Assembly: GCA_964495755.1 (NCBI GenBank)
Contig: CAZBXU010000001.1
Coordinates: forward strand, 14,798-62,993
Length of the DNA: 48,196 bases
DNA from: an uncultured Spirochaetaceae bacterium
GTDB taxonomy: Bacteria > Spirochaetota > Spirochaetia > SZUA-6 > DRHE01
Reading direction: 5' to 3'
Shown: positions 36,070-45,344 of the stretch, piece by piece
Layout of the letters: every line of letters starts with the position of its first letter
How positions within the stretch are numbered: position 1 is the stretch's first letter
Made by a program: the position numbers and the translations under genes
The notes under the pieces: model-generated
What the model was told of the DNA's origin: nothing
What the model saw: the letters and a program-made list of their open reading frames with translations, nothing else
The model's database searches: none

Positions 36070-36822
36070 ATGCGAACATCCACGACCGAGGCAGTTGTTC
36101 TGCGCAAGATCCGGATCGGCGAGATCCACAAAGCTCTTACCCTTTTTAGCCCCGAGAGGGGTCTGCTCAGTGCGATTGCCCACGGTGCGTTCAAAATGAA
36201 AAGCAGGCTTCGCACCGCATCGGAACCGTTCCATGTGATCCGGGTCTATCTGTATCACAACCCGGTGCGCAATCAATATAAAATCACGGACATCGAGAGC
36301 TTGAACGCCCTCGATGGAATTAGGCGCAGCGTCGAGCGTTACTACGCTGCCTCGCTCTGGGCCGAGGTGATCATCAGGTCCTATGGAGGGGGCGAAAGCT
36401 TCGCTGTACCGTATCGCCTGCTCGTCGATTCGCTGAGTCTCCTCGATCACGCCCAGCAACGCAGCATCACCTATTTGACTTGCCAGTACTTGATGCGATT
36501 CCTTGATATATTGGGACAGAGGCCGGATCTCGAGCACTGCAACATCTGTGCCTCCGGATTCGATACTCAATCGGGAGTATATCTTTCGAGGGAAGAGCGA
36601 GTCTTTGTCTGTAATCGATGTGCCAAGCCAAGCGCTCTGTACTTGCCGGCCGGAGCCCGGCGTTACCTGGAAAGTACTCTAAAGATGCCTCTGGAGGTGG
36701 CGGTCCGCATCGGTCTGGAGGATCGATCCCTCCAGGCTGTGAAGGAAGCCGCATATTTTCTGGTGCAGGCTACTTTGGAAACAAATCTGAACGCTTTAAA
36801 GAGTGGGGTGGGGATCCTATGA
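36070..36822 (+). CDS. recO: DNA repair protein RecO
   Basis: 250 aa. N-terminal OB-fold pattern (EAVVLRKIRIGEIHKALTLFSPERGLLSAIAHGAFKMKSRL) and a C-terminal Cys cluster (CNICAS..CNRC). Confidence 0.85.
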   Translation: MRTSTTEAVVLRKIRIGEIHKALTLFSPERGLLSAIAHGAFKMKSRLRTASEPFHVIRVYLYHNPVRNQYKITDIESLNALDGIRRSVERYYAASLWAEVIIRSYGGGESFAVPYRLLVDSLSLLDHAQQRSITYLTCQYLMRFLDILGQRPDLEHCNICASGFDTQSGVYLSREERVFVCNRCAKPSALYLPAGARRYLESTLKMPLEVAVRIGLEDRSLQAVKEAAYFLVQATLETNLNALKSGVGIL

Positions 36823-37370
36823 GAATATTTGCGGCTCTTCCTCTGCCTGCGCAGGCAGTGGCAAAATTGGAAGAAATGGCGGCGGAGCTGAAAAACCGAT
36901 ACCCGGATCTGCGGGTGGTCAAACCGCAGGGGATGCACATAACCATGGTCTTCTTCGGCGAGTTGCACCAGGACCAGGTTCTCGAAATCATGCGGGTAAT
37001 GGACAACCCGGAGTTGAAGGTGGCCAGCATCCAGACGGTCCTGGGTGGGATCGGTCAGTTTCCGCCGAAGGGTCCTCCGCGGGTCATCTACTGCCCGATA
37101 CACAAAGGAGCGCCGGAAATCAGTTATCTGTATCATCTGTACTATCAGCTATTGTCAAACACCGGCGGTCTCTCTATCGAAGAGCAGCGGGAGTTCACAC
37201 CCCATATCAGCCTGGCCCGCAACAGGGACACTCGCGTGTCCTTGTTGGATGTTGAGGAGCTGTTTCGATTTGAGTATTCCCTGATTTTGGACAGGTTCGT
37301 CCTGTACCAGTCGATCCTTCGGCCCCAGGGTGCTGAATACAAGACCATGAAGACCGTGATGCTCGGATAG
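36819..37370 (+). CDS. thpR: RNA 2',3'-cyclic phosphodiesterase (2H family, ThpR/LigT)
   Basis: 183 aa from the ATG at 36819 (ATGA overlap with the recO stop). Two HxT/S motifs (HITMVF and HISLAR). Confidence 0.8.
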   Translation: MRIFAALPLPAQAVAKLEEMAAELKNRYPDLRVVKPQGMHITMVFFGELHQDQVLEIMRVMDNPELKVASIQTVLGGIGQFPPKGPPRVIYCPIHKGAPEISYLYHLYYQLLSNTGGLSIEEQREFTPHISLARNRDTRVSLLDVEELFRFEYSLILDRFVLYQSILRPQGAEYKTMKTVMLG

Positions 37371-37372
37371 GA

Positions 37373-38704
37373 ATGGATATGAGAGCAGTCGATTTGATCG
37401 TAAAGAAGAGAGAGGGTCAGCCTCTTACGGAGGAAGAGATTTCTTTTCTCATTCAGGGGTACGTGAAAGGCGGAATCCCGGATTATCAGATGTCGAGTTT
37501 CGCCATGGCCGTGTTTTTCAAAGGTATGAGCTTCGAAGAGACGGGCTATTTGACCAGAGCGATGATCGACTCAGGGCAGGTGATCGATCTCAGTGGGATC
37601 GGGGCGCCTCTGGTGGACAAGCATTCCACCGGGGGGGTGGGGGACAAGGTATCTCTGATTCTGGCTCCACTGGCCGCTGCCTGCGGCTGTACCGTGCCAA
37701 TGATGAGCGGCCGAGCCCTCGGGCATACCGGCGGTACATTGGATAAGCTGGAATCCATACCGGGATACCGCACCGATTTATCCGTTCAACGCTTCACGGA
37801 GCTGCTGAAACGAACCGGTTTTGCCATGACCGGCCAGAGCGAACACATTGTCCCCGCGGATCGTAAGCTCTACGCGCTTAGGGATGTTACAGGCACGGTG
37901 GAATCAATCCCCTTGATCACGGCCAGCATCATGAGCAAGAAGTTTGCCGAAGGTGCGGCCTCTTTAGTCTTCGACGTGAAATGCGGCTCCGGCGCCTTCA
38001 TGAAAAATTTGGACCAAGCCCGTGCGCTGGCCGTCTCTTTGGTCCGTACCGGAACCGGTCTGGGCAGGCGTATCAGGGCTGTCCTCTCCGATATGGACCA
38101 ACCTCTGGGCTTGATGGTAGGGAATTTCCTCGAGGTCCGTGAAGTAGTCGAAGTCTTGCGCGGCGGCGGCCCGAAGGACCTTTTCGATCTTACGATTCGA
38201 CTAACCGCGCATATGCTGGTGCTCGCGGATCTGCAGCCGGACGTTCCTCAGGCCGAGGCTGAATGTCGCCGAAAACTCAAAGACGGTTCGGCCTGGGAGA
38301 AATTCATCGAAAATGTCGCGCTGCAGGGGGGCGACACAAAAGCCGTTGAGAAGAAAGACGGCGGTCCACGGGCGAGTCTGATCGAACCGATGCTTGCGCC
38401 GAAATCAGGGGTCCTTCAGCGAGTCGATGCATATAAGATCGGGATCGCCGCCGGGCTGCTCGGGGCCAGTAGGGAGAAAAAAGAAGACGAAGTACTCCCC
38501 GATGTGGGAATCGAGTTGAAAAAAATCCAGGGAGATGCGGTGCAAGCGGGGGAAGCGCTCTGTTTGATCCATGGGCGGAACTCCAAGAGCGTTTCCAGAG
38601 CCAGATCCTACGTGGAAGCCGCCTACTCGATCGGCGAGGAGGAGACGGCACCGCGGGACCGCATTCTAGAAGAAATCGGCGAAGATGATCTGGGAAAAAA
38701 CTGA
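37373..38704 (+). CDS. Pyrimidine-nucleoside / thymidine phosphorylase
   Basis: 443 aa. N-terminal KKREG..L..EE..F.I.GY, DYQMSSFAMAVFFKGM, DKHSTGGVGDK, and a C-terminal PYNP domain. Confidence 0.9.
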   Translation: MDMRAVDLIVKKREGQPLTEEEISFLIQGYVKGGIPDYQMSSFAMAVFFKGMSFEETGYLTRAMIDSGQVIDLSGIGAPLVDKHSTGGVGDKVSLILAPLAAACGCTVPMMSGRALGHTGGTLDKLESIPGYRTDLSVQRFTELLKRTGFAMTGQSEHIVPADRKLYALRDVTGTVESIPLITASIMSKKFAEGAASLVFDVKCGSGAFMKNLDQARALAVSLVRTGTGLGRRIRAVLSDMDQPLGLMVGNFLEVREVVEVLRGGGPKDLFDLTIRLTAHMLVLADLQPDVPQAEAECRRKLKDGSAWEKFIENVALQGGDTKAVEKKDGGPRASLIEPMLAPKSGVLQRVDAYKIGIAAGLLGASREKKEDEVLPDVGIELKKIQGDAVQAGEALCLIHGRNSKSVSRARSYVEAAYSIGEEETAPRDRILEEIGEDDLGKN

Positions 38705-40778
38705 ACTAAATCCCGACGAGGTCAGGGAGATCGCCAGACGATACAATCTGGACCTGATAAGCGCAGCGGTCTTGATCCGTCGTGACTACCTAGACGGGGA
38801 GTCCATCCGCTTTATTCTCGAAAACGATCCTCTGCTGATGCATAATCCCTTCCTGTTCAAAGACATGGGCAAAGCGGTAAAGCGGGTTCACCAGGCGGTT
38901 TCCGAAGGACAGACCATCCAGATCTTTGGAGACCGGGATGTCGACGGGATTACCTCTACGATCCTGCTCCGGGAAGCCCTCCAGGGGCTCGGAGCGCAGG
39001 TACGGTGGCAGATCCCCGTGGGTGAGGATGACTACGGGCTGACCCTGCAGGTGGTGCACGCTTTCGCCGCAGAGGGCTGTAAGTTGCTGATCACCGTAGA
39101 TTGCGGGATCTCGAACAACGAAGAGATTGCCCGAGCCGCGGAACTGGGGATCGACACGATCGTTTTGGATCATCACAATCCACCGGAGCAGCTGCCCGAA
39201 GCGCTTGCCATCGTTGATCCCAAGTGCCGGGACTCTGCATATCCCTTTCGCGATCTTTCCGGCTGCGGCGTTGTGGCCAAGTTGGCCGTGGCCCTCGCCT
39301 TCAGTGCGGCTCCAATATTTGACACACCTATCTGGTTCCTTCATGTTCAACCTGCAAACGAGACCTTCAATATCGAGGCGGTCAGGCTGGTGAATTTGGT
39401 CGTGGAGGAACGTATCGTCGATACCCTTCCGGCCGGAGGCTCGGGTTTGGCAAGAACCAGATGCTATGGCAAACTCAAGGGGAATAGAGTTCTCGTCTAC
39501 GATCGGGAGGCCCAACTGCGTTTTCTGCGGGAGATGAACGGCGAAGGGGAGTTTGAATTGGAGGATATACAACCCCACATCGCTGCAGTTTTTCCTGAGT
39601 TCGCCGGAAAAAGCCTGATTCGCATACGGGAAATCAAGGGGACGCTGCGCTTCGACCGTAGCGCAGAGATGGACGTGCTGTTGGAGTTGTACACGGCGAT
39701 TACCTGGCGTAAGCTCGATCTGAACACCACTCTAGAGCCGATTGTCGATCTTGCTGCATTGGGGACGATCGCCGATATGATGCCCCTGGTCAACGAGAAC
39801 AAAATTATCGTGCGGCGGGGCTTGGAAGTAATGAGCCGGATGCGGCGTTCAGGTCTTCGTGAACTCCTGATCAGGCAGAATCTGCACGGTCGGCGGCTTA
39901 CCGCCAAAGATATTTCCTGGCATATCACTCCTGTCCTCAATTCAGCAGGCAGGATGGGCGAGCCCCAGCGAGCGGCCGAGCTTTTCCTGTCCGACACTCA
40001 GAAGGACATTGAGGGGGTCATCGATTCGATCCTCCAGCTCAATCGACAGCGCAAGCGGCTGGGTGACAAGGTTTGGGATACCTGTTTCCCTCGAGCCAAG
40101 GCCAGCCTGGAGCGCACCGCTGGAAAGTTCGTTTTCGTGGCGGATGCTTCGATTCGCAGAGGCATCACCGGTATCTTAGCGGCCAGGCTGGTAAGTTTTT
40201 TCAAAACACCCTCCATCGTTGTATCCCTCGGAGAGAGCAAAGCTGTGGGATCCCTGCGAAGCCCGTATCCCGCCGACGGGTTTCTTGACCTGTTCGCCGA
40301 GTATTTCTTGAATTACGGAGGACACGATCGAGCCGCCGGTTTCAATCTCCCCGCTGATCTTTTCGAAAAGTTTGAAAACCGTTTCTTCCAGGTAGTCCAA
40401 ACCCACACACCTCCTGATCGAGAAGAGGTAAAGATCTCCGTAGACGCTGAGGTTCCCCCGGCCTACCTAAATCCTGAGCTCATCAAGATCGTCGAGACGT
40501 TCGAACCCTACGGGGAGGGATGTCCGCCCCTGGTTTTCCTAACCCGGGGAGTACGTATCGAGCGGGTGGAGATTGTAGGTCGAAAAGATCCGGTTCATGT
40601 GAAGATGCTGCTCGCTGCGGATCGTTATAAATGGCCCGCCGTGTATTGGAATGCCGCACCCCGCGCAGGGAAGGATTTCGATCTCAACGATACGGTGGAC
40701 ATCGTGTTCCGACTGAACCGCAACTATTTCATGAATACCGAAACCCTTCAGCTGACGATTCTAGACCTGAAGCGATGA
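38685..40778 (+). CDS. recJ: Single-stranded-DNA-specific exonuclease RecJ
   Basis: 697 aa. DHH motifs (FGDRDVDGITS, ITVDCG, LDHHNP) and DHHA1 (GGHDRAAGF). Confidence 0.9.
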   Translation: MIWEKTELNPDEVREIARRYNLDLISAAVLIRRDYLDGESIRFILENDPLLMHNPFLFKDMGKAVKRVHQAVSEGQTIQIFGDRDVDGITSTILLREALQGLGAQVRWQIPVGEDDYGLTLQVVHAFAAEGCKLLITVDCGISNNEEIARAAELGIDTIVLDHHNPPEQLPEALAIVDPKCRDSAYPFRDLSGCGVVAKLAVALAFSAAPIFDTPIWFLHVQPANETFNIEAVRLVNLVVEERIVDTLPAGGSGLARTRCYGKLKGNRVLVYDREAQLRFLREMNGEGEFELEDIQPHIAAVFPEFAGKSLIRIREIKGTLRFDRSAEMDVLLELYTAITWRKLDLNTTLEPIVDLAALGTIADMMPLVNENKIIVRRGLEVMSRMRRSGLRELLIRQNLHGRRLTAKDISWHITPVLNSAGRMGEPQRAAELFLSDTQKDIEGVIDSILQLNRQRKRLGDKVWDTCFPRAKASLERTAGKFVFVADASIRRGITGILAARLVSFFKTPSIVVSLGESKAVGSLRSPYPADGFLDLFAEYFLNYGGHDRAAGFNLPADLFEKFENRFFQVVQTHTPPDREEVKISVDAEVPPAYLNPELIKIVETFEPYGEGCPPLVFLTRGVRIERVEIVGRKDPVHVKMLLAADRYKWPAVYWNAAPRAGKDFDLNDTVDIVFRLNRNYFMNTETLQLTILDLKR

Positions 40779-41872
40779 GAAGGATCCCCTTTCTCGCCTG
40801 TTTGCTCGCCGCTCTGCTGCCGCCGGCGCCGATCAGCACGGAAACCCTGCGGTTGCCCGCCGACTCGGTCGCCTCGATGATCCTTGGCGGAAGGCCCTAC
40901 TGTAGAATCTCAGAACAGGGCCGTTATGAATGGTTGCACGGGGAGCTCATCCCTGTGGAGGGGCTCTTCTCCTACTATGCGGCGAATCAGCTGCCCATCG
41001 GGGCTCGGCTTGCCGTGCCGGAGCAGACGGCCCGGGGAGAGGTGCTGAGCGGTTATTTCCAGTTCACTGAGAGCATCGATCGCCTCGAGGTAAGCTTGGA
41101 ACAGCGGGATGGGGATAGTAGCATCACGGTCAGGGGATTTCCCGTCGATGATACGGGACGTGCCTGGTATTTTATGCTGGGAATCCCCAGCACCGCTGAC
41201 TCGGGGGCGTATTTATTGCAGGTTCGCGGGTCCCGGAACAGACGGTACACTTTCTATCTGGCCGAAGTGGAGGTTCGCTACAAGCGGTTCGGCAGCGAGG
41301 AAATTGCCTTCAATCAGTCTCTCTCCGAGCTCATGACCACCCCGGATCCGCGCAAAGTCACGGAGTTCCATGAACTGCATGAGATCCTTGCCTCCTTTCG
41401 TTACCGGTCGTTATTTCATACGGGGACGTTATCCATACCGGTTGAAGCCACGCGGCGCTCTTCCCAATTCGCCGATCGCCGGCTGTACAGCTATACGGAT
41501 GGAGGCAGCTCGCGATCCCTTCACAATGGGATTGATCTGGCAGCACCGAAGGGTACACCTGTTTTCGCCTCCGGAGCCGGGCGGGTGGTTCTGGCCAAAG
41601 AGAGGATCATAACAGGCAACAGCGTGGTGATCGAGCATCTTCCCGGGGTGTTCTCCCTGTACTACCACCTGAGGGATATCGAGGTTCAGGAGGGGCAACG
41701 GCTGTTCCAGGGTCAGCGGATCGGAACCGTCGGAATGACGGGTCTGGCAACGGGTCCGCACCTTCATTGGGAGTTGCGGGTCTCGGGAGTCGCCGTGGAT
41801 CCCGATTTTTTTGTAGGCCGACCGATGATTGACAAAACCGTTTTTTCACATAATATTATGGATCAAAATTAG
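40775..41872 (+). CDS. Secreted M23 family metallopeptidase (LytM-type)
   Basis: ATG at 40775 (ATGA overlap with the recJ stop). Signal peptide [35 protein letters not shown] and GPHLHWEL motifs. Confidence 0.85.
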   Translation: MRRIPFLACLLAALLPPAPISTETLRLPADSVASMILGGRPYCRISEQGRYEWLHGELIPVEGLFSYYAANQLPIGARLAVPEQTARGEVLSGYFQFTESIDRLEVSLEQRDGDSSITVRGFPVDDTGRAWYFMLGIPSTADSGAYLLQVRGSRNRRYTFYLAEVEVRYKRFGSEEIAFNQSLSELMTTPDPRKVTEFHELHEILASFRYRSLFHTGTLSIPVEATRRSSQFADRRLYSYTDGGSSRSLHNGIDLAAPKGTPVFASGAGRVVLAKERIITGNSVVIEHLPGVFSLYYHLRDIEVQEGQRLFQGQRIGTVGMTGLATGPHLHWELRVSGVAVDPDFFVGRPMIDKTVFSHNIMDQN

Positions 41873-41882
41873 AAGAGGGGAG

Positions 41883-42116
41883 GTGATTTCCATACCAGCA
41901 ATCATTGTTGGAGAGGATGAGGTCCTCGAAAAAGCAATCAAACGCTTCAAGCGTATGGTCGAGAAAGAGGGCATTGTTCGTGAGTGGAAACAACGAGAGT
42001 TCTACGAGAAGCCTTCGACGATCCGCAGCCGCAAAAAGAAGGCTATGGAACGAAAGCGGATGAAAAAAATGCGTAAGTTCCATAATGGAAGAAAGTTCGA
42101 ATTCCGCAAGATGTAA
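41883..42116 (+). CDS. rpsU: 30S ribosomal protein S21
   Basis: ..[48 protein letters not shown].. matches S21. There is no in-frame ATG near the N-terminus. The best start is GTG at 41883, directly after AGAGGGGAGG, and is uncertain by a few codons. Confidence 0.85.
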   Translation: MISIPAIIVGEDEVLEKAIKRFKRMVEKEGIVREWKQREFYEKPSTIRSRKKKAMERKRMKKMRKFHNGRKFEFRKM

Positions 42117-42138
42117 CGTCGACGTTTGTAACAACCCG

Positions 42139-42169
42139 AGGCCCTTTCTGCCGGATGTAGCAAGGGCCT
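42139..42169 (+). terminator. Possible rpsU terminator hairpin
   Basis: AGGCCCTT-(15-nt loop)-AAGGGCCT followed by TATTTATCC. The loop is long and the U-tract is interrupted. It abuts the stop of the convergent his gene. Confidence 0.3.
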
Positions 42170-43395
42170 TATTTATCCTTGTTCCTTCCCCCAAGCTCGG
42201 CGGTGATCTCCTGCCAGGACAGGCCGTTCTTCACGGCGAGCACGGACAAAAAATAAGTCAGATCGGCGATCTCCCACACCAGGTTTTCGCGGTCTCCCGA
42301 CGACACCACCTCCCTCGCTTCCTCCATTATCTTCGACTTGAGATACGCCGGGTCGGAGAGCAGCCGGGCCGTGTATGACCGCGCAGGCGGATTATCCCGC
42401 CGCCGGGCCAACAGATCGTACAGGGTGTGCAGGTTGAAGCGGCGGGAACCGAAGCAGCTGTACGAGCCGGTGTGGCAGGCCGGCCCGTTCTGTCTGACGG
42501 TAAAGAGAAGCGCGTCCGAATCGCAGTCGGTCCGGCAGGAAACAAGGTCCTGGCTGTTCCCGGAGATCAGCCCTTTTTCCCAAATTTCCCGGCGGGAGCG
42601 GCTGTAGTATATCCCTTTTCCACCCAGCAGGGCTAGACGCAGCGATTCAGGCGAGCTGTAGGCCAGCATCAACACCTGGCCGTTGGTCTCCTGTACGATC
42701 GTGGGTAGAAGGTTGTCCTTAAAAGCAAGAGTGCCGATGAGCGCGGCGGCAAGATCCAGCTTGCCCGTATAGAGGGCCGTACCGACCTGAAGATCTGCGC
42801 CCAGGGCTAGGATTTCGAGGGCATTTTCCGTTCCGCTGATGCCGCCGGATGCGGTAAGGGGATGGGGCAAGCGCTCTTGCAGCTCCGCCACGGCGGCTGC
42901 GTCCAAACCCTGCAGGCTGCCCTCGCGGTCGACGAAGGTACAGAGATAGGAACTGCAGTAGGGAGCCAGTCTCTGCGCCCGTTCGACGACCTTTTCACCG
43001 GTGGAGCGGGACCAGCCCTTGTCCACAACGATTCCCCCAGAATGATCCAGGGCTACCTGTATTTTTGCCGCTGGGAACTGCTCGAGGAACTCCGGCTGCG
43101 CCGCGCTGCCGATGATGATCTTACGCGCCCCGGCACGAAGAAGCTCATCGGCGCGTTCTTTGCTCCTGATCCCGCCGCCCGCTCGCACGTCGGCCACCCG
43201 GCAGAGCTTTTTCACCAGCTCCAGGTTGTTGCCCTTTTCTGTGGCGGCGTCCAGGTCTATGACGGCGACCTCGCCGTAGCGGTTGAACTCCGCCGCCAGC
43301 TCAAGGGGATCTTTGAGGCAGGCGAGCAGTTGCTGCCGGCCGCCGCGAAGCTGGACGGCGCGGCCGTCCAGCAGGTCAATGCTCGGTATGATCAT
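42169..43395 (-). CDS. hisA-hisIE: Fused HisA (ProFAR isomerase) - HisI (PR-AMP cyclohydrolase) - HisE (PR-ATP pyrophosphatase)
   Basis: 408 aa from the ATG at 43395 (ATGA overlap with the hisF stop). The HisA part reads MIIPSIDLLDGRAVQL..VIDLD..AGGGIRS..ASGGIS. The HisI part reads LLPTIVQE..VLMLAYSS..YYSRSRREIWEKG..SGN..DCDSDALL..ACHTGSYSCF. The HisE part reads LYDLLARRR..SYTARLL..KIMEEAREV..LVWEIADLTYFLSVL. No stop or frameshift at the junctions. Confidence 0.85.
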   Translation of the reverse strand: MIIPSIDLLDGRAVQLRGGRQQLLACLKDPLELAAEFNRYGEVAVIDLDAATEKGNNLELVKKLCRVADVRAGGGIRSKERADELLRAGARKIIIGSAAQPEFLEQFPAAKIQVALDHSGGIVVDKGWSRSTGEKVVERAQRLAPYCSSYLCTFVDREGSLQGLDAAAVAELQERLPHPLTASGGISGTENALEILALGADLQVGTALYTGKLDLAAALIGTLAFKDNLLPTIVQETNGQVLMLAYSSPESLRLALLGGKGIYYSRSRREIWEKGLISGNSQDLVSCRTDCDSDALLFTVRQNGPACHTGSYSCFGSRRFNLHTLYDLLARRRDNPPARSYTARLLSDPAYLKSKIMEEAREVVSSGDRENLVWEIADLTYFLSVLAVKNGLSWQEITAELGGRNKDK

Positions 43396-44153
43396 AGTCT
43401 TACCCTTATCCCTCTTTCCTTCAGCTCTCTTTTCAGGGCTTCCACGCTCCACAAGCCATCGTGAAAAATGTTCGCCGCCAGTGCGGCGTCAGCGGAGCCC
43501 AGCTTGAAAATCGCAACAAAGCTTTCCGGGCCGGCGGCCCCGCCGGAGGCAATAACCGGCACGGGGAGGTTTTCCGCGAACAGCTTGGTCAAAGGAACGT
43601 CAAAACCCGCGCGTGTTCCGTCCTGGTCCCAGGAGGTAAGCAGGATTTCCCCGGCTCCCAGTTGCACCGCCTCCCGCGCCCATAAAAAGGCGTCCCGGCC
43701 GGCTTCCCTCCTGCCTCCATGGGTCAGTACCGTCCAACCGGTCCCGTCCTGTGTTCTTTTCGCGTCTATGGCCACCACGCAGCACTGGGAGCCGTGCTCA
43801 CCTGCTATTTCTCCTATTAGAGGCGGTCGGAGCACGGCGGCGGTGTTTACGCTGATCTTGTCCGCCCCCGCCGCAAGCAGGAGGGCGGCCTGCTGCTGGG
43901 AGGATACCCCTCCCCCCACGGTGAAAGGAATCATCAGATTTGAAGCGACCTTTTCCACCACACGGATCAGGGTCCGCCGTCTTTCATGGGTCGCGGAGAT
44001 GTCCAGAAAAACGATCTCGTCGGCCCCCTGGTTTTGATAGATCAAAGCCAGCTCAGCCGGATCGCCGACATCCCGCAGGCCTTGAAAACGCACCCCTTTC
44101 ACCGTTCTGCCCCCGTCCACATCGAGGCAGGGAATGATCCTTTTACAGAGCAT
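43392..44153 (-). CDS. hisF: Imidazole glycerol phosphate synthase cyclase subunit HisF
   Basis: 253 aa. MLCKRIIPCLDVDGGRTVKGVRF..DEIVFLDISAT.. matches HisF. Confidence 0.95.
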   Translation of the reverse strand: MLCKRIIPCLDVDGGRTVKGVRFQGLRDVGDPAELALIYQNQGADEIVFLDISATHERRRTLIRVVEKVASNLMIPFTVGGGVSSQQQAALLLAAGADKISVNTAAVLRPPLIGEIAGEHGSQCCVVAIDAKRTQDGTGWTVLTHGGRREAGRDAFLWAREAVQLGAGEILLTSWDQDGTRAGFDVPLTKLFAENLPVPVIASGGAAGPESFVAIFKLGSADAALAANIFHDGLWSVEALKRELKERGIRVRL

Positions 44154-44727
44154 CGATCCACCTCCTGATCAGTGCCTGACCGAAATCGCCGCTTTTCTCG
44201 GCATGGAACTGATAGGCGGTGATGCCGCCGGTTTTGACGGCGGCACAGAACTCCACCCCGTACTCCGCCGTATAGAGTACCGCTTCCGGGATACCGCATT
44301 CGGCGTAAAAGGAATTGACGAAGTAAGCGTACCCGGCCGGGAAGTTTTTTTCTGCCGCCGGGACGACCCAGTTCCAACCGATCTGGGGCACCTTACCCCA
44401 AACATAGCGCTTGACGCTTCCCGGCAGGACCCCCAGACCGGCCTGCCCGGGTGATTCCTCACTGACACTGAATAGGATCTGCATGCCGATACAGATGCCC
44501 AGGTAGGGTATTCCTTCCATCAATATGTTTTGCAGGGCAGGGACGAAACCCCTGCTTTCCAGGCCCTTCATTACCGCTCCGAACGCGCCGACCCCCGGCA
44601 GAACCAATGGATTATTCCCACTCAGCTCGTCGGCCGAGCTCACAATCCGGAATTCCGCCCCCAGCCGCGTCAGGCAGCGGGCTACACTTCCCATGTTGCC
44701 GCCGCCGTATTGAATCAGCTCAATCAC
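44143..44727 (-). CDS. hisH: Imidazole glycerol phosphate synthase glutamine amidotransferase subunit HisH
   Basis: 194 aa. GGGNMGSV, LPGVGAFG, and the catalytic Cys context YLGICIGMQ. Confidence 0.9.
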   Translation of the reverse strand: MIELIQYGGGNMGSVARCLTRLGAEFRIVSSADELSGNNPLVLPGVGAFGAVMKGLESRGFVPALQNILMEGIPYLGICIGMQILFSVSEESPGQAGLGVLPGSVKRYVWGKVPQIGWNWVVPAAEKNFPAGYAYFVNSFYAECGIPEAVLYTAEYGVEFCAAVKTGGITAYQFHAEKSGDFGQALIRRWIDAL

Positions 44728-45343
44728 CGATCTTCCCTTTGCTGCTCATCACGGTCGCCTCGGAAAGAGGCCGCGTGGCTGCATACAGGGCTCGGGCGAA
44801 GGCCTTGAACACCGCTTCGACGGCGTGATGGTCGTTGTCCCGGTAGTGAAGTTTTATGTGAATCGTGGCCGTCAGAGTGTCGGCCAGGCCTTTGAAAAAG
44901 TCGCGCCACAGCCGGGGATCAACTCCACCGATCGGAGCACTCCCGGTGCCCGCCTTCCATACCAGGTTGGGCCGGCCGCAGAGATCCACCGCCGCCTGAG
45001 CCAGACTGCCGTCCATCGGGAAGATAAAAAAGCCGCAGCGGACGATACTGCTGAAATCCCCGAGCGCCGAATGAAGTGCCTTGCCCAGTACGATGCCGCA
45101 ATCCTCGATCAGGTGGTGGGGGTCGACATCGATATCCCCGCTTGCCGTCACCTCCAGCCCCATCCAGCCGTGGCAGGCCAGAACACTGAGCATGTGATTG
45201 AGAAAAGGAAGAGGCGATTCGATCCTGGCCGCGCCCGGTTCGTCTAAACGCAGCTTCATCGAAATCGATGTTTCCGCTGTTTCTCTGGTCAGGTCCGCCT
45301 CTCTGTTTAGAGCCTTGTTCCCCGAAGCGTCTTTAGCAATCAT
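44720..45343 (-). CDS. hisB: Imidazoleglycerol-phosphate dehydratase HisB (monofunctional)
   Basis: 207 aa. RETAETSISMKL, FLNHMLSVLACHG, DPHHLIEDCGIVLG, DNDHHAVEAVFKA. Confidence 0.9.
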   Translation of the reverse strand: MIAKDASGNKALNREADLTRETAETSISMKLRLDEPGAARIESPLPFLNHMLSVLACHGWMGLEVTASGDIDVDPHHLIEDCGIVLGKALHSALGDFSSIVRCGFFIFPMDGSLAQAAVDLCGRPNLVWKAGTGSAPIGGVDPRLWRDFFKGLADTLTATIHIKLHYRDNDHHAVEAVFKAFARALYAATRPLSEATVMSSKGKIGD

Positions 45344-45344
45344 A

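Noticed and set aside
35905-36570. 221-aa minus-strand ORF whose stop overlaps the lon start codon (TAATG), which looks like an operon partner of lon
   Set aside because: It is almost entirely antisense to a convincing RecO gene (36070..36822), which has an OB-fold N-terminus and a Cys cluster. It has no recognisable motifs or SD. I treat it as a shadow ORF in GC-rich DNA and the overlap with lon as coincidental.
43396-43452. N-terminal extensions offered by the ORF track (here 19 aa on the HisA fusion; likewise 20839, 36618, 40631, 1581, 18958, 11697, 11794 and 46277)
   Set aside because: In each case an internal start gives the canonical family N-terminus. That start also has an SD or a 1-4 nt overlap with the preceding stop codon. 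The extensions lie inside the upstream gene or lack any SD.
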